64,000 nt of DNA from Bdellovibrionota bacterium (lineage in GTDB: Bacteria; Bdellovibrionota_C; UBA2361; OMII01): contig JBIKWQ010000003.1 of NCBI GenBank assembly GCA_044356215.1, positions 953-64,952 on the forward strand, in the 5' to 3' direction. Made by a program: the position numbers and the translations under genes. Of this stretch, positions 10,107 to 19,701 are shown piece after piece. Below the pieces are notes generated by a model, which was not told the DNA's origin, made no database searches, and was given only the letters and a program-made list of their open reading frames with translations. The first letter of the stretch is position 1. Each line of letters begins with the position of its first letter.

Positions 10107-10448
10107 ATGTCTAAGCTTACCGAAGGAGGAAGGATGAGCGAACCAAAGAAAGCAGTACACGTTAATATAGCTTTTTTAAACCTCGACTCGACTGAGGCGA
10201 TCAAACAGTACGCCACAGATAAAGTCAGCAACTGTGTGCGCAAATTCGCGCATCAGGACACCGAGGCTCACGTTGTGCTCAAAGTAGAGAAGTCCAGACA
10301 GATAGCGGAGCTATCGATGCACCTATCAGGTCATGATTTCTTTGTTAAGGAGGAGAGCCAAAACCTATACGCCTCGATCGATATGTTGACCGATGCGTTG
10401 AGCAATCAACTGCGAAAACACAAAGAAAAAGTCACTAGTCACCATTGA
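10107..10448 (+). CDS. hpf: ribosome hibernation promoting factor / sigma-54 modulation protein
   Basis: It lies immediately downstream of rpoN. The core VHVNIAFLNLDSTEAIKQYATDKVSNCVRKF matches the HPF/YfiA fold. The true start may be the internal Met (MSEPKK, about 10134). Confidence 0.8.
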   Translation: MSKLTEGGRMSEPKKAVHVNIAFLNLDSTEAIKQYATDKVSNCVRKFAHQDTEAHVVLKVEKSRQIAELSMHLSGHDFFVKEESQNLYASIDMLTDALSNQLRKHKEKVTSHH

Positions 10449-11341
10449 GCGCCGAAAATCTCGTCGAACACTTTGACTCACTAGTACTCGTTACGGGTGT
10501 ATCTGGAGCTGGCAAATCTACCGCCATGCACCTACTCTCGGATACGGGTTACTATGTGGTCGACAACCTGCCAGTGCCACTTCTTGAGAGCTTCCTTGAG
10601 TTTTCTGGAGCGGCTGGAGCGCGCTACCGCAAAACCGCACTCCTCCTTGATGTTGATACCGCGGATAGTCAGCGTCTTTTGATGCCACTACTTGAAGCGA
10701 GAAAGGCTACCGGGGGCAAGGTTAGGCTAGTTTTCCTGGATGCCGAAACATCTGTTGTCGTGAGGAGGTATAGCGAAACGCGCAGGCCTCATCCGGCCTT
10801 CGATCCCGCGCAAGATGACTCGATTCAGGACGCTATTTTTCGAGAACGTGAGCGGCTGCAGGCGATCAAAGAACGGGCCGATCTAGTGCTCGATACATCC
10901 GACTGCACAGTGCATGAACTCAAGAGGCAACTAAGAGAATTCCTCTCTAGCCTTGGGGTCTCGGGTGGCTACGCCATGAGGGTCAACTTCCTCTCTTTTG
11001 GATTCAAGTACGGCGCCCCGATCGATTGCGATCTTATAGCGGATGTTAGATTCCTTACGAATCCCCATTTTGTTGACTCTTTACGAGATCTTACCGGAAC
11101 TGACGATTCGGTAAGGGAATATGTTTTTAAATCACCAGACGCGGCGGAGTTTGTAAATCGCTACAGCGATCTACTTAAGTTTCTCCTGCCCAAATATCAA
11201 TTCGAGGGAAAAGCCTATCTAAATATAGGTATCGGATGTACCGGGGGAAAGCACAGATCAGTGGCGATCGCTGAGGCTCTCGTCAAAACGCTAGACATGC
11301 TGCCTTATTTGGTAAGCGTTAGACATCGCGACATCGGGTGA
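10445..11341 (+). CDS. rapZ: RNase adapter protein RapZ (YhbJ)
   Basis: It has an N-terminal P-loop ([13 protein letters not shown]) and is 298 aa. It sits in the conserved rpoN-hpf-rapZ neighbourhood and overlaps the hpf stop by 4 nt. Confidence 0.85.
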   Translation: MSAENLVEHFDSLVLVTGVSGAGKSTAMHLLSDTGYYVVDNLPVPLLESFLEFSGAAGARYRKTALLLDVDTADSQRLLMPLLEARKATGGKVRLVFLDAETSVVVRRYSETRRPHPAFDPAQDDSIQDAIFRERERLQAIKERADLVLDTSDCTVHELKRQLREFLSSLGVSGGYAMRVNFLSFGFKYGAPIDCDLIADVRFLTNPHFVDSLRDLTGTDDSVREYVFKSPDAAEFVNRYSDLLKFLLPKYQFEGKAYLNIGIGCTGGKHRSVAIAEALVKTLDMLPYLVSVRHRDIG

Positions 11342-11444
11342 CACAAATCCAACGGATTTCTGCCTCTTTTTACTTGCTCAAATCACTTTATCAGGCTTAT
11401 TCTTCCGAAAACCAAGTTTTGGAATAAACCGCAAAGGAGACACA

Positions 11445-12620
11445 ATGGCACTTAAGGACTTTTTATTCACTTCTGAATCTGTAGGCGAAGGACACCCTGA
11501 TAAAGTTGCCGATCAACTGAGCGATACTGTACTAGACGAGTTTCTAAAGCACGATCCGAAGTCACGCGTAGCGTGCGAGGCGCTAGTAAAGAACGATGTA
11601 GTTATCTTGGCCGGAGAGATCACCTCCTCACACACAATCAACTATGAGAGGTTAGCTAGATCGGTTATCGCCGATATCGGCTACACAGAGCCAGCTCTTG
11701 GATTCGATTCACAGAGCTGCTCAGTAATGACCTTCATGAGCCAGCAGTCGAGCGATATCAGCATGGGAGTGAATGAGCATGAGGGGTTGCATAAGGAGCA
11801 AGGAGCAGGAGATCAGGGCTTAATGTTTGGGTTCGCGTGCGACGAGACACCTGAGCTAATGCCGCTTCCAATAGCGCTCTCTCATCAGATCATGAGAGCT
11901 CTCTCGAGAGCTCGTAGAAGTGAAAGCGGATCATTTTTAAAGCCTGACGCTAAAAGCCAGGTAACGGTTGAGTACAGAGATGGACGACCTTATGCGGTCA
12001 ATACAGTTGTAGTGTCATCGCAGCACGCCGAGGAAACCTCCTTAAAGCAGGTTGAGGAGTACATCGTCGACGAGATAGTTAAAAATGTGATCCCGAAAAA
12101 TCTACTCACCGATAAGACTAAATATATGATTAATCCTACTGGCCGATTCGTTGTTGGCGGTCCAGTTGGAGATTGCGGTCTAACTGGCCGTAAGATCATC
12201 GTTGACTCATACGGCGGATATAGCCGCCACGGTGGTGGAGCTTTCTCAGGTAAGGATCCGTCAAAGGTTGATCGTTCCGCCGCGTATGCAGCGCGTTACA
12301 TCGCTAAGAATGTCGTGGCCGCTGGATTAGCCGAGCGGTGCGAGGTGCAGGTAGCTTACGCGATCGGAGTAGCTAAGCCGGTGTCTGTTTACGTGAACAC
12401 CTTCGGAACCGGCAAGGTTAATGAAGAGACGATCGTTAAGGCTATCGACCGAGTCTTTGACCTGACTCCGCGTGGAATTATTGAGACTTTGGACCTATTA
12501 AAGCCGATCTACAGAGCCACAGCAGCTTATGGTCACTTCGGAAGAGAGCCCGGCCAAGACGGAAGCTTCTCGTGGGAGAGGACTAACAAGGTGGAAGAGC
12601 TGAAGGCCGCGTTAAAGTAG
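11445..12620 (+). CDS. metK: S-adenosylmethionine synthetase
   Basis: It has the canonical N-terminus [17 protein letters not shown] and the [19 protein letters not shown] loop. It is 391 aa with a good RBS (AAGGAGA). Confidence 0.95.
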   Translation: MALKDFLFTSESVGEGHPDKVADQLSDTVLDEFLKHDPKSRVACEALVKNDVVILAGEITSSHTINYERLARSVIADIGYTEPALGFDSQSCSVMTFMSQQSSDISMGVNEHEGLHKEQGAGDQGLMFGFACDETPELMPLPIALSHQIMRALSRARRSESGSFLKPDAKSQVTVEYRDGRPYAVNTVVVSSQHAEETSLKQVEEYIVDEIVKNVIPKNLLTDKTKYMINPTGRFVVGGPVGDCGLTGRKIIVDSYGGYSRHGGGAFSGKDPSKVDRSAAYAARYIAKNVVAAGLAERCEVQVAYAIGVAKPVSVYVNTFGTGKVNEETIVKAIDRVFDLTPRGIIETLDLLKPIYRATAAYGHFGREPGQDGSFSWERTNKVEELKAALK

Positions 12621-12645
12621 CCTTAAATTCAGCAATTGCGGGTCT

Positions 12646-12671
12646 GAAAATGGCGCAGATGCGCCATTTTC
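12646..12671 (+). terminator. probable metK terminator hairpin (GAAAATGGCGCA..TGCGCCATTTTC)
   Basis: An 11-12 bp perfect stem lies 25 nt after the metK stop. It is followed by atcttcctt. The U-tract is partly inside the stem, so the call is moderate. Confidence 0.45.
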
Positions 12672-12885
12672 ATCTTCCTTAGCTGCTAAAGCTAGGCTAA
12701 CTAAACCTGACGCGTGTGATTTGCTGATTTCAAGGGATCTTTGTGTCCCTCGATTCCTCTAGCGACTTTTTTCCCACGAATTCTTAAAGAGGATGTTTTG
12801 GAGAGAAGCCTTCTTCGGAAAGGCTTGGCGATTTGTGTAATGCTGATCGGCACTTATATTTTAGCGTGAAATAATCGGGGTTGAC

Positions 12886-13179
12886 ATGGAAGTGGCCGCA
12901 AAAGATGGAATCAACTGGGTGCTTGCTGAGTACACGCTTAAGTTTAAAGCCTCACTTAAAAGAGGGGATCGGATAACAGTTACCTGCGAGCTAAAGCCAG
13001 TGGAGGGTAGTCGGTCTCGATTCGGCTTTCATCAGACGATTGTTCGAGATGGAAAAACCGCCGCTGAGGGTGATTTCACCGCCACTTGCGTTCCTGTAGC
13101 CGGTGGTCGGCCATTTATCCCGGAAGCTGTGCTTAGTAGATTTGCAGTAACTACTCAGCAAATTATGCCTCGACTATAA
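12886..13179 (+). CDS. hotdog-fold (4HBT/YbgC-like) acyl-CoA thioesterase, apparently 5'-truncated
   Basis: The 97 aa align to only the C-terminal two-thirds of YbgC-type thioesterases. The N-terminal catalytic segment is absent. An in-frame stop sits 4 codons upstream of the ATG, and no other upstream frame supplies the missing part. Confidence 0.45.
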   Translation: MEVAAKDGINWVLAEYTLKFKASLKRGDRITVTCELKPVEGSRSRFGFHQTIVRDGKTAAEGDFTATCVPVAGGRPFIPEAVLSRFAVTTQQIMPRL

Positions 13180-13809
13180 CCTATCCACCATCACGATTTC
13201 ACGATTCGAGCCACGCTTTTCCCGCAGCACCTCGGCCACATCGTTGATACTTAGTCCACGCGATCTAAGAAGCACCATTAAATGAAAGAGCAGATCCGCT
13301 GACTCGCTGAGCAACCTCGAGTCATCAGAGTTCTTAGCCTCTATTACCACCTCAATGGCCTCTTCCCCGACCTTCTGAGCTAGTCGATCTATCCCAGCAT
13401 CAAAAAGCGCGCTGGTATATGAGTCCTTTTTAGGACTGCTTTGACGGTCAGCTATAACACGACCTAGCTCAGCTAAAAACACGACCCCTTCTCCTAGCTT
13501 CTCCCCAAAGCAGGTATCAGAGCCCGTATGACACGTTGGTCCATCAGGTATTGCCTTAAATAAAATAGCATCGTTATCGCAATCCACACTGTGAGAAACC
13601 AAGTTGAGGTAGTTTCCTGAGGTTTCTCCCTTAATCCACAAGCGTCCCTTCGACCTACTAAAAAAAGTGACTCTTTTTGAAGCGACTGTAAGCTGGTAAG
13701 CCTCAAGGTTCATATACCCCAACATAAGAACCTCTTGTGTTACCGCGTGCTGTACTATCGCGGGCAATAAACTCTCTGGGGTTAGAAAATTGGGGTTGTT
13801 TTCGTTCAT
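13174..13809 (-). CDS. hisI: bifunctional phosphoribosyl-AMP cyclohydrolase / phosphoribosyl-ATP pyrophosphatase
   Basis: It has an N-terminal HisI domain (CDNDAILFKAIPDGPTCHTGSDTCF) and a C-terminal HisE domain. It is the last gene of the his operon. Confidence 0.9.
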   Translation of the reverse strand: MNENNPNFLTPESLLPAIVQHAVTQEVLMLGYMNLEAYQLTVASKRVTFFSRSKGRLWIKGETSGNYLNLVSHSVDCDNDAILFKAIPDGPTCHTGSDTCFGEKLGEGVVFLAELGRVIADRQSSPKKDSYTSALFDAGIDRLAQKVGEEAIEVVIEAKNSDDSRLLSESADLLFHLMVLLRSRGLSINDVAEVLREKRGSNREIVMVDRL

Positions 13810-14561
13810 CTTCGCACCTCTATGCCCTCTTTAGCTAAAAACTCCTTTACCTCACAAACCGACGTAATACCGTCATGAAACAACCCAGCTACTAAGGCCG
13901 CGTCGATATCAGAGCATCTGAAGAGATCTAGAAAATCCTTTAAATCTCCCGCTCCACCAGAAGCGATTACCGGCACATTCACCATCGTCGCAATATCTCT
14001 TAAAAGCCGCAGATCATAACCAGAACGGGTTCCATCGCGGTCCATAGAAGTTAACAGGATCTCTCCGGCTCCACGTTTTGTGACCTCATTCGCCCAGCTT
14101 CTTGTTGATAGTCCTGTGGCGACTTTACCACCTCTGGCGAATACGCAATCATCACCATCAACTAGTTTTGAATCGATAGCCACAACTACACACTGACTAC
14201 CGAACTCCCTGGCTAATGTGTCTATTAAATCAGGATTACTTATCGCACTTGAATTAACAGATACCTTATCAGCACCAGCGCTTAAGAGACGTGACACGTC
14301 ACTAGCTGACGAAATCCCTCCTCCAACTGTAAAGGGGATCGCAATCGCTTTAGCTACAGATCTGACCACATCAATTGTGGTTGAGCTTTCCTCTTCGCTT
14401 GCCGAGATATCAAGGAATACCAACTCATCAGCCCCCTCCTCTGAATAGCGGTGAGCAAGCTGAACCGGATCTCCCACATCCCTAAGATCAACAAAACGGG
14501 TCCCCTTAACCGTTCGTCCACCCTTGATATCGAGGCACGGGATTATTCGCTTAGCTACCAT
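13806..14561 (-). CDS. hisF: imidazole glycerol phosphate synthase cyclase subunit
   Basis: A (beta/alpha)8 protein with RIIPCLDIKGGRTVKG at the N-terminus and VIASGGAG further on. It overlaps hisIE and hisA. Confidence 0.95.
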   Translation of the reverse strand: MVAKRIIPCLDIKGGRTVKGTRFVDLRDVGDPVQLAHRYSEEGADELVFLDISASEEESSTTIDVVRSVAKAIAIPFTVGGGISSASDVSRLLSAGADKVSVNSSAISNPDLIDTLAREFGSQCVVVAIDSKLVDGDDCVFARGGKVATGLSTRSWANEVTKRGAGEILLTSMDRDGTRSGYDLRLLRDIATMVNVPVIASGGAGDLKDFLDLFRCSDIDAALVAGLFHDGITSVCEVKEFLAKEGIEVRR

Positions 14562-15292
14562 ATAAATTCCCCTGCTTGATCAAGTTTTAGACTTCCTGAA
14601 TAGAGTGCTTTTCCAACAATTACTTCACCTACTCCGAGATCTCTTAAGCGTTTAAGATCCGAAATATCTCGCACCCCTCCACTGGCGATCAGATTGATTC
14701 CTTGATAGCAGGAAAGTATCTCTCGATACGTCTCTATCCCTGGTCCACCCATCATTCCATCCTTACTTATATCGGTTGACATAACTGACCGAATTCCAAG
14801 ATTCCAGTAACCACTGAAGGCCTGATCAAAAGAGAGCCCAGACTCTTTGGTCCAGCCACTTACTCTTACAGTGCCTTCTAAGAGATCAAATCCTAGTATA
14901 CACCGCTCAGATCCTACCTCTTTAATCCATTCCTCGACCTCTTCACGTCTCTCAACCGCAGCTGAGCCGATAACCACATAAGCTGCACCTAGCTTAAGGA
15001 CCTCTCTTACTGATTCTATAGTTCTTATTCCTCCGCTGTAATCAACAGAGAGATTAGTCTCGGCGGTTATCTCCTGTAATACGCCTAAGTGCGCCGGCGC
15101 ACCTTGTTTTGCTCCTGTTAGATCCACCAGATGCAATCGAGTGAACCCCAGCCGCTCAAATCTCTTTGCCGTAGTGACGGGACACGCATCTACTACCTCT
15201 ACTTGATTAAAGTTACCTTGCCTAAGTCTAACGCACTTACCATCAATCAGATCTATCGCTGGAATTATTCGCGTTTTCATGACGACCTCCAC
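14555..15292 (-). CDS. hisA: ProFAR isomerase
   Basis: It starts IIPAIDLIDGKCVRL and carries ASGGVRDISDLKRL, which is the HisA signature. Confidence 0.9.
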   Translation of the reverse strand: MEVVMKTRIIPAIDLIDGKCVRLRQGNFNQVEVVDACPVTTAKRFERLGFTRLHLVDLTGAKQGAPAHLGVLQEITAETNLSVDYSGGIRTIESVREVLKLGAAYVVIGSAAVERREEVEEWIKEVGSERCILGFDLLEGTVRVSGWTKESGLSFDQAFSGYWNLGIRSVMSTDISKDGMMGGPGIETYREILSCYQGINLIASGGVRDISDLKRLRDLGVGEVIVGKALYSGSLKLDQAGEFIW

Positions 15293-15870
15293 TCTAAAAA
15301 GTTTCTTATAATTAATTCGCCTGTCGTTCCGCTCTTCTCAGGATGAAACTGAACTCCCACGAAGTTCCGCTTACAGATAGCGGCTGAGAAATCTTCCTCA
15401 TAATTACATACTGCTATTGCGTCAGCGGACACATCAACTCGGTAGCTGTGAACGAAGTAGAAATAATCGTCCTGTTTAACGCCTGCAAAGAGCGGGTGCT
15501 GCTTGTGTGAAACCCGACTCCAACCCATGTGGGGAACCTTGCGTGGAATGGTAAAGCGCTTAACTTGTGCCTTAACTATCCCAAGACACGCCGTGGAGTC
15601 GCCCTCTTCTGACTCCTCGCACATTAACTGCATCCCGAGACATATCCCGAGAAAAGGCGCCTTAATATCGCGTAAAATTCGATCTAGGCCCCGCTCTCTT
15701 AGATAAGCCATCGCGCTTCTCGCCTCACCTACTCCGGGAAAGATCACCCGGTCGGCGGATACTATCTCCTGCTCACTATCGCTAATCTTATAAGTTATAC
15801 CTAACCTATCAAGCGCGGTTGCTACTGATGAAATATTTCCCGCGTTGTACTTAACTATCACTACACTCAT
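15277..15870 (-). CDS. hisH: imidazole glycerol phosphate synthase glutamine amidotransferase subunit
   Basis: It is a class I glutamine amidotransferase with a GICLGMQ catalytic Cys motif and the His at HPEKS. Confidence 0.9.
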   Translation of the reverse strand: MSVVIVKYNAGNISSVATALDRLGITYKISDSEQEIVSADRVIFPGVGEARSAMAYLRERGLDRILRDIKAPFLGICLGMQLMCEESEEGDSTACLGIVKAQVKRFTIPRKVPHMGWSRVSHKQHPLFAGVKQDDYFYFVHSYRVDVSADAIAVCNYEEDFSAAICKRNFVGVQFHPEKSGTTGELIIRNFLEWRSS

Positions 15871-16970
15871 AGGACACCCTTAGTACTCGGGACATCATAT
15901 CCACTGCCATCAATCGCGCAGGCGGATCGCAGAGCCCTTCCGACACCTTTAAAAACAGCTTCCGCTTTGTGGTGCTCGTTCTCACCCCTAACTGATATGT
16001 GAAGTGCGCACCTTAAAGAACTAGTAAGTGACTCAAAGAAATGGGGTATCAGCTCTGTCGGTAGATCCCCTATCCGTTCGCGCATAAACTCTCCGCTCCA
16101 AACGAACTTAGGTCTGTTTGATAGATCAAGCGCGACCTCAGCAATAGATTCATCCATAGGCGCGAGGAATCCAAAACGACTAATCCCCCGTTTATCACCG
16201 AGAGCTTCACGGATCGCTTCACCCAGAACTATCCCCACGTCTTCAACTAGGTGATGCTCATCAACGTGTAGATCTCCCTTGGCATCGATTACAAGATCGA
16301 AACCAGCATGAGCCGCCAAGAGATCAAGCATGTGATCAAGAAACCCCAGACCGGTACTAATCCTCCGATTAGCCGAGCCAGCGAGGGCCAATTCGAGTGA
16401 AATCGAGGTTTCATTAGTAACTCGGCTGACTACCGCTCGGCGCCACTGGCCTAAAACAAACTTTGCTACTTCACTCCATGATGTTGTGGCCAACACCTCT
16501 CCGATTCCTCGCTTTTCCGCGAACAGGATTCCGGAAGCTCCAAGATTCTTCGCCAAAGCGATGTCAGTATCTCGGTCTCCCACCACAAAAGAGCGAGCTA
16601 GGTCGTATTCTCCAGCCATATATTTGCCGAGCAACGCTGTCCCTGGCTTGCGTGTTGGTAGGTTATCCTCCGGGAAAGATCGATCGATCAATATATCAGC
16701 AAAAACAACTCCCTCTCCAGAAAGTATCGAGAGCATCTTATTGTGCGCCGGCTCAAATGACTCATAAGGAAAAGAAGGCGTTCCCAATCCGTCCTGATTT
16801 GTAACCATTACAAGTTTGTACCCTGTTAGACGTGCGATTAGACTCAACGCGCCAATCGCTCCAGGTATGAAATTAAGCTTATCTAGTGAATCAACCTGCT
16901 TATTATCAGCAGGCTCCACTATCACCGTGCCGTCTCGATCTAAAAATATCGCTCTCTTTTTCACGCCCAC
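15867..16970 (-). CDS. hisB: bifunctional histidinol-phosphatase / imidazoleglycerol-phosphate dehydratase
   Basis: The N-terminal domain is HAD-like (FLDRDGTV). The C-terminal domain is an IGPD with HHxxE motifs (DEHHLVED, ENEHHKAEAVFK). The length is 367 aa. Confidence 0.9.
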   Translation of the reverse strand: MGVKKRAIFLDRDGTVIVEPADNKQVDSLDKLNFIPGAIGALSLIARLTGYKLVMVTNQDGLGTPSFPYESFEPAHNKMLSILSGEGVVFADILIDRSFPEDNLPTRKPGTALLGKYMAGEYDLARSFVVGDRDTDIALAKNLGASGILFAEKRGIGEVLATTSWSEVAKFVLGQWRRAVVSRVTNETSISLELALAGSANRRISTGLGFLDHMLDLLAAHAGFDLVIDAKGDLHVDEHHLVEDVGIVLGEAIREALGDKRGISRFGFLAPMDESIAEVALDLSNRPKFVWSGEFMRERIGDLPTELIPHFFESLTSSLRCALHISVRGENEHHKAEAVFKGVGRALRSACAIDGSGYDVPSTKGVL

Positions 16971-17995
16971 CTCCTTATTACCTCAATCAGCTCGTCGTTT
17001 TCTCTCGGTGTTCCCACTGTAATTCTTAAACATCCATCACAGAGCGGTTCCTTGGAGCGATCACGAACAATTATCCCGGAGCTCTGAAGACCCTTAAACA
17101 ACTCACAAGGCCTCTCGCACCTAACTAATAGAAAATTAGCTTCCGATGGAAACACCTCTAATATCCCCGCGATCTTATCCGTTAGCTCACTTCTTAGTCG
17201 CTCTCGTTCCTCAATAATTGATCTCACCTGGCTCTTAAACGATTCGATATCCAATAAACGCTTGATAGCGGCACTCTGAGAGAGTTGGTTAACGTTGTAA
17301 GGTAGCTTGATCCGGTTTAAAACTCCTATTAATTCACGACTCGCCAGAGCCATTCCGACCCGTGCGCCTGCTAAACACCACGCCTTAGACATAGTTTGCA
17401 GCACCACCAGACGATCACGGCTCTCTAGCAACCCGACGGCACTCGGCCCGGATGCAAAATCTATATACGCCTCATCAACTACTACTAGTCCAGGAAAGAG
17501 ATCTAACACACGTTGAATATCCGCTAGTGGTAGCTGATTTCCTGTCGGATTGTTTGGAGAGCAGAGAAAGAGTGCTTTAGCTCCATTATCAGCAGCTATC
17601 TTAATCAACTCAAAATCAAGCGAGAAATCCTTTTTTAACGGAGCAGAGAAGACCCCTACTCCATTTGTCCGTGCGGCGACTCCATACATCCCATAAGTAG
17701 GTGGCGTAATCGCTATCGCTTCTCCAGGACTAGCAACCGCTCTAATTATTAGATCGATCGCCTCATCGCTACCGTTGCCGACAAACACCTGACTCTTTTC
17801 TACACCTCGGATCTTGGCGATAATCGAGCGCAACTCATCGCTTCGCGGGTCTGGATACCGATTTAATCCGTCACCATATGGGTTCTCATTAGCGTCTAAA
17901 AAGACCCGAGCCTCACCCGAATACTCGTCACGAGCAGTTGAATACGGGGTTAGATTGAATATGTGCGGTCGTAATAGAGTTTTAAGCATATTCAC
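16961..17995 (-). CDS. hisC: histidinol-phosphate aminotransferase
   Basis: It is a class II PLP aminotransferase with the PNNPTG motif and the PLP lysine region (TMSKAWCLAGARVG). The length is 344 aa. Confidence 0.9.
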   Translation of the reverse strand: MNMLKTLLRPHIFNLTPYSTARDEYSGEARVFLDANENPYGDGLNRYPDPRSDELRSIIAKIRGVEKSQVFVGNGSDEAIDLIIRAVASPGEAIAITPPTYGMYGVAARTNGVGVFSAPLKKDFSLDFELIKIAADNGAKALFLCSPNNPTGNQLPLADIQRVLDLFPGLVVVDEAYIDFASGPSAVGLLESRDRLVVLQTMSKAWCLAGARVGMALASRELIGVLNRIKLPYNVNQLSQSAAIKRLLDIESFKSQVRSIIEERERLRSELTDKIAGILEVFPSEANFLLVRCERPCELFKGLQSSGIIVRDRSKEPLCDGCLRITVGTPRENDELIEVIRRWA

Positions 17996-18054
17996 CCTCC
18001 TGACGATAAATTACCGCACGTGCATGGGCTTCTAGCCCCTCCGCGCGCGCCATC

Positions 18055-18942
18055 TCACGCGATGACCTTCTCTATCGGTAAAACTAGAATTCCCTGCGCA
18101 CCCGCGATCTTAAGTTTCTCTATAAGTCCCCAGAAATCATCCTCGCCCACAACGGTATGGAGAGAACTCCAGCCAGGTGTAACGAGCGGTAATACACTGG
18201 GGCTCTTTAATCCTGGCAGAAGATTTACTATCTCTGGTATCGCTTCGTTTGGCGTGTTTAGTGTTATGTATTTAGTCTTGCGTGCCCGCGATACGGCGTC
18301 GATCCGAAACGCTAGTTGCTCTAAGATGGACACCTTTTCAGGGCTAAGCTCCGGAGAACTTATCAAGACTGCTTGCGAGCTAAAGATCGTCTCGACCTCA
18401 ACCAGGCCGTTACTGAGTAGAGTACTCCCAGAGCTAACTAGGTCACAGATCGCTTCTCCCAATCCGATACTTGGGGCGACCTCTACCGACCCGGAGATCT
18501 CCTGAATAGTAGCTGTAATACCTCGAGCCTTTAGAAAATCTCCCAAGATATTAGGATAAGACGTCGCTATGCATAGACCATTTAGTGACTCAATAGACCG
18601 GTATGAAGAGCCTTTTGGCACCGCGATCGACAATCTACACCGACCGAACCCAAGCTCCCTCACTATTTTAGCCAAACTCCTACCTTCAACGAGGACGTTT
18701 CGTCCAACTATCGCCGCGTCGATCACACCATCGTCGCAGTATCCGGGAACATCATCATCTCGCAGAAAGAGAACCTCTAATGGAAAATTAAAGGCTGGCG
18801 CCCTTAAGCTTGCCCCCATCTGCTCTAACTCAATACCGCACTCCGAGATTAGGGCGCGTGACGCGTCTGTTAGACGTCCCGATTTCTGAATAGCTATTCT
18901 AAGTAGGCTCACAATAACACCATGAATAAATATTAACCGCAC
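18055..18942 (-). CDS. hisG: ATP phosphoribosyltransferase, long form
   Basis: The segment LRIAIQKSGRLTDASRALISECGI matches the HisG N-terminus. It is the long form with a C-terminal regulatory domain. The real start may be GTG at 18912-18910 rather than ATG at 18942. Confidence 0.9.
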   Translation of the reverse strand: MRLIFIHGVIVSLLRIAIQKSGRLTDASRALISECGIELEQMGASLRAPAFNFPLEVLFLRDDDVPGYCDDGVIDAAIVGRNVLVEGRSLAKIVRELGFGRCRLSIAVPKGSSYRSIESLNGLCIATSYPNILGDFLKARGITATIQEISGSVEVAPSIGLGEAICDLVSSGSTLLSNGLVEVETIFSSQAVLISSPELSPEKVSILEQLAFRIDAVSRARKTKYITLNTPNEAIPEIVNLLPGLKSPSVLPLVTPGWSSLHTVVGEDDFWGLIEKLKIAGAQGILVLPIEKVIA

Positions 18943-19124
18943 CGCATTCCAGAGTCATATTAGACTTAGCGCGGATAGGCCCGAAAAAAAAAGAACTAGA
19001 TATGCTGAAAGGAAATGATATAAAGCGCGCTAGGCGCTATGGTGACGCGAATGAGAATGAGCTGTGAAATTTGAGAAGACGAAACTCATGGATGAGATAC
19101 TACGCTTTCTCGCGAGATAATCAA
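18943..19124 (-). promoter_or_regulatory. putative his leader region: sigma70-like promoter, His-enriched mini-ORF and a U10 tract
   Basis: A -35 TTGATT (19124-19119), a 16-nt spacer and a -10 TAGTAT (19102-19097) lie 7 nt before an ATG. The mini-ORF reads MSFVFSNFTAHSHSRHHSA. A U10 run (A-run on the plus strand, 18984-18993) lies between the mini-ORF and hisG. Confidence 0.35.
19030..19089 (-). CDS. candidate his leader peptide (19 aa, 4 His in the last 9 codons)
   Basis: It reads ATG AGT TTC GTC TTC TCA AAT TTC ACA GCT CAT TCT CAT TCG CGT CAC CAT AGC GCC TAG on the minus strand. It is not a classic run of seven His codons, so this is tentative. Confidence 0.3.
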   Translation of the reverse strand: MSFVFSNFTAHSHSRHHSA

Positions 19125-19197
19125 GTGAAAACTCTGGAACGTGACTAGATACGATTAACTAGTTGGCCGAAGCTCATCGCCGGTATAATTTATAGCA

Positions 19198-19656
19198 ATG
19201 ACAGGCAATATGCATATATCACTCAGAGAAGCCCAAGAATGCGACATGGACGCAGTATACTCTCTGTATCCTCACCTCCTAAGTGAGAACGATCCCTCAC
19301 CTGGCAGAGAGAAACTTCTTGAGTCGTGGAATAGATTAATTTCAAACCCAGCGATGACCTGCTTCATCGCAGAGGTTGACAAGAAGATTGTTGGCACATG
19401 CTGTCTGATCATTGTGCCTAATTTGACCCGCGGTGCTCGCCCCTACGCCCTAATAGAGACCGTAGTCGTGCACACTGAATTTCAAGGACGCGGGATTGGG
19501 CGCAAGATGATTGAGCACGCGATAGAAAAAGCTCGGAATGCCAGATGTTACAAGATTATGCTCCTTTCTGGTGTTGAGAATAAGAATCATGGCTTCTACG
19601 AGCGGCTAGGGTTTGATCGCAATATAAAAGTCGGCTTCGAGCTGCGGATGAGGTAG
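19198..19656 (+). CDS. GNAT family N-acetyltransferase
   Basis: It carries the acetyl-CoA binding motif A (VHTEFQGRGIGRKMIEHAIEKA). The length is 152 aa. Confidence 0.85.
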   Translation: MTGNMHISLREAQECDMDAVYSLYPHLLSENDPSPGREKLLESWNRLISNPAMTCFIAEVDKKIVGTCCLIIVPNLTRGARPYALIETVVVHTEFQGRGIGRKMIEHAIEKARNARCYKIMLLSGVENKNHGFYERLGFDRNIKVGFELRMR

Positions 19657-19666
19657 CTGAGGCAAG

Positions 19667-19684
19667 GCGGCGCGGGAGCGCCGC
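19667..19684. terminator. GC-rich stem-loop (GCGGCGC-ggga-GCGCCGC) between convergent genes; possible bidirectional terminator
   Basis: A 7-bp GC-only stem with a GGGA tetraloop lies 10 bp after the GNAT stop and 18 bp before the stop of the convergent gene. It has no U-tract. Confidence 0.25.
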
Positions 19685-19701
19685 GGTCCAAGGGAACCCT
19701 G

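Noticed and set aside
11342-11444. Possible SAM riboswitch upstream of metK
   Set aside because: The 103-bp leader shows no convincing SAM-I or SAM-II consensus elements that I can recognise by eye. It would need an Rfam scan.
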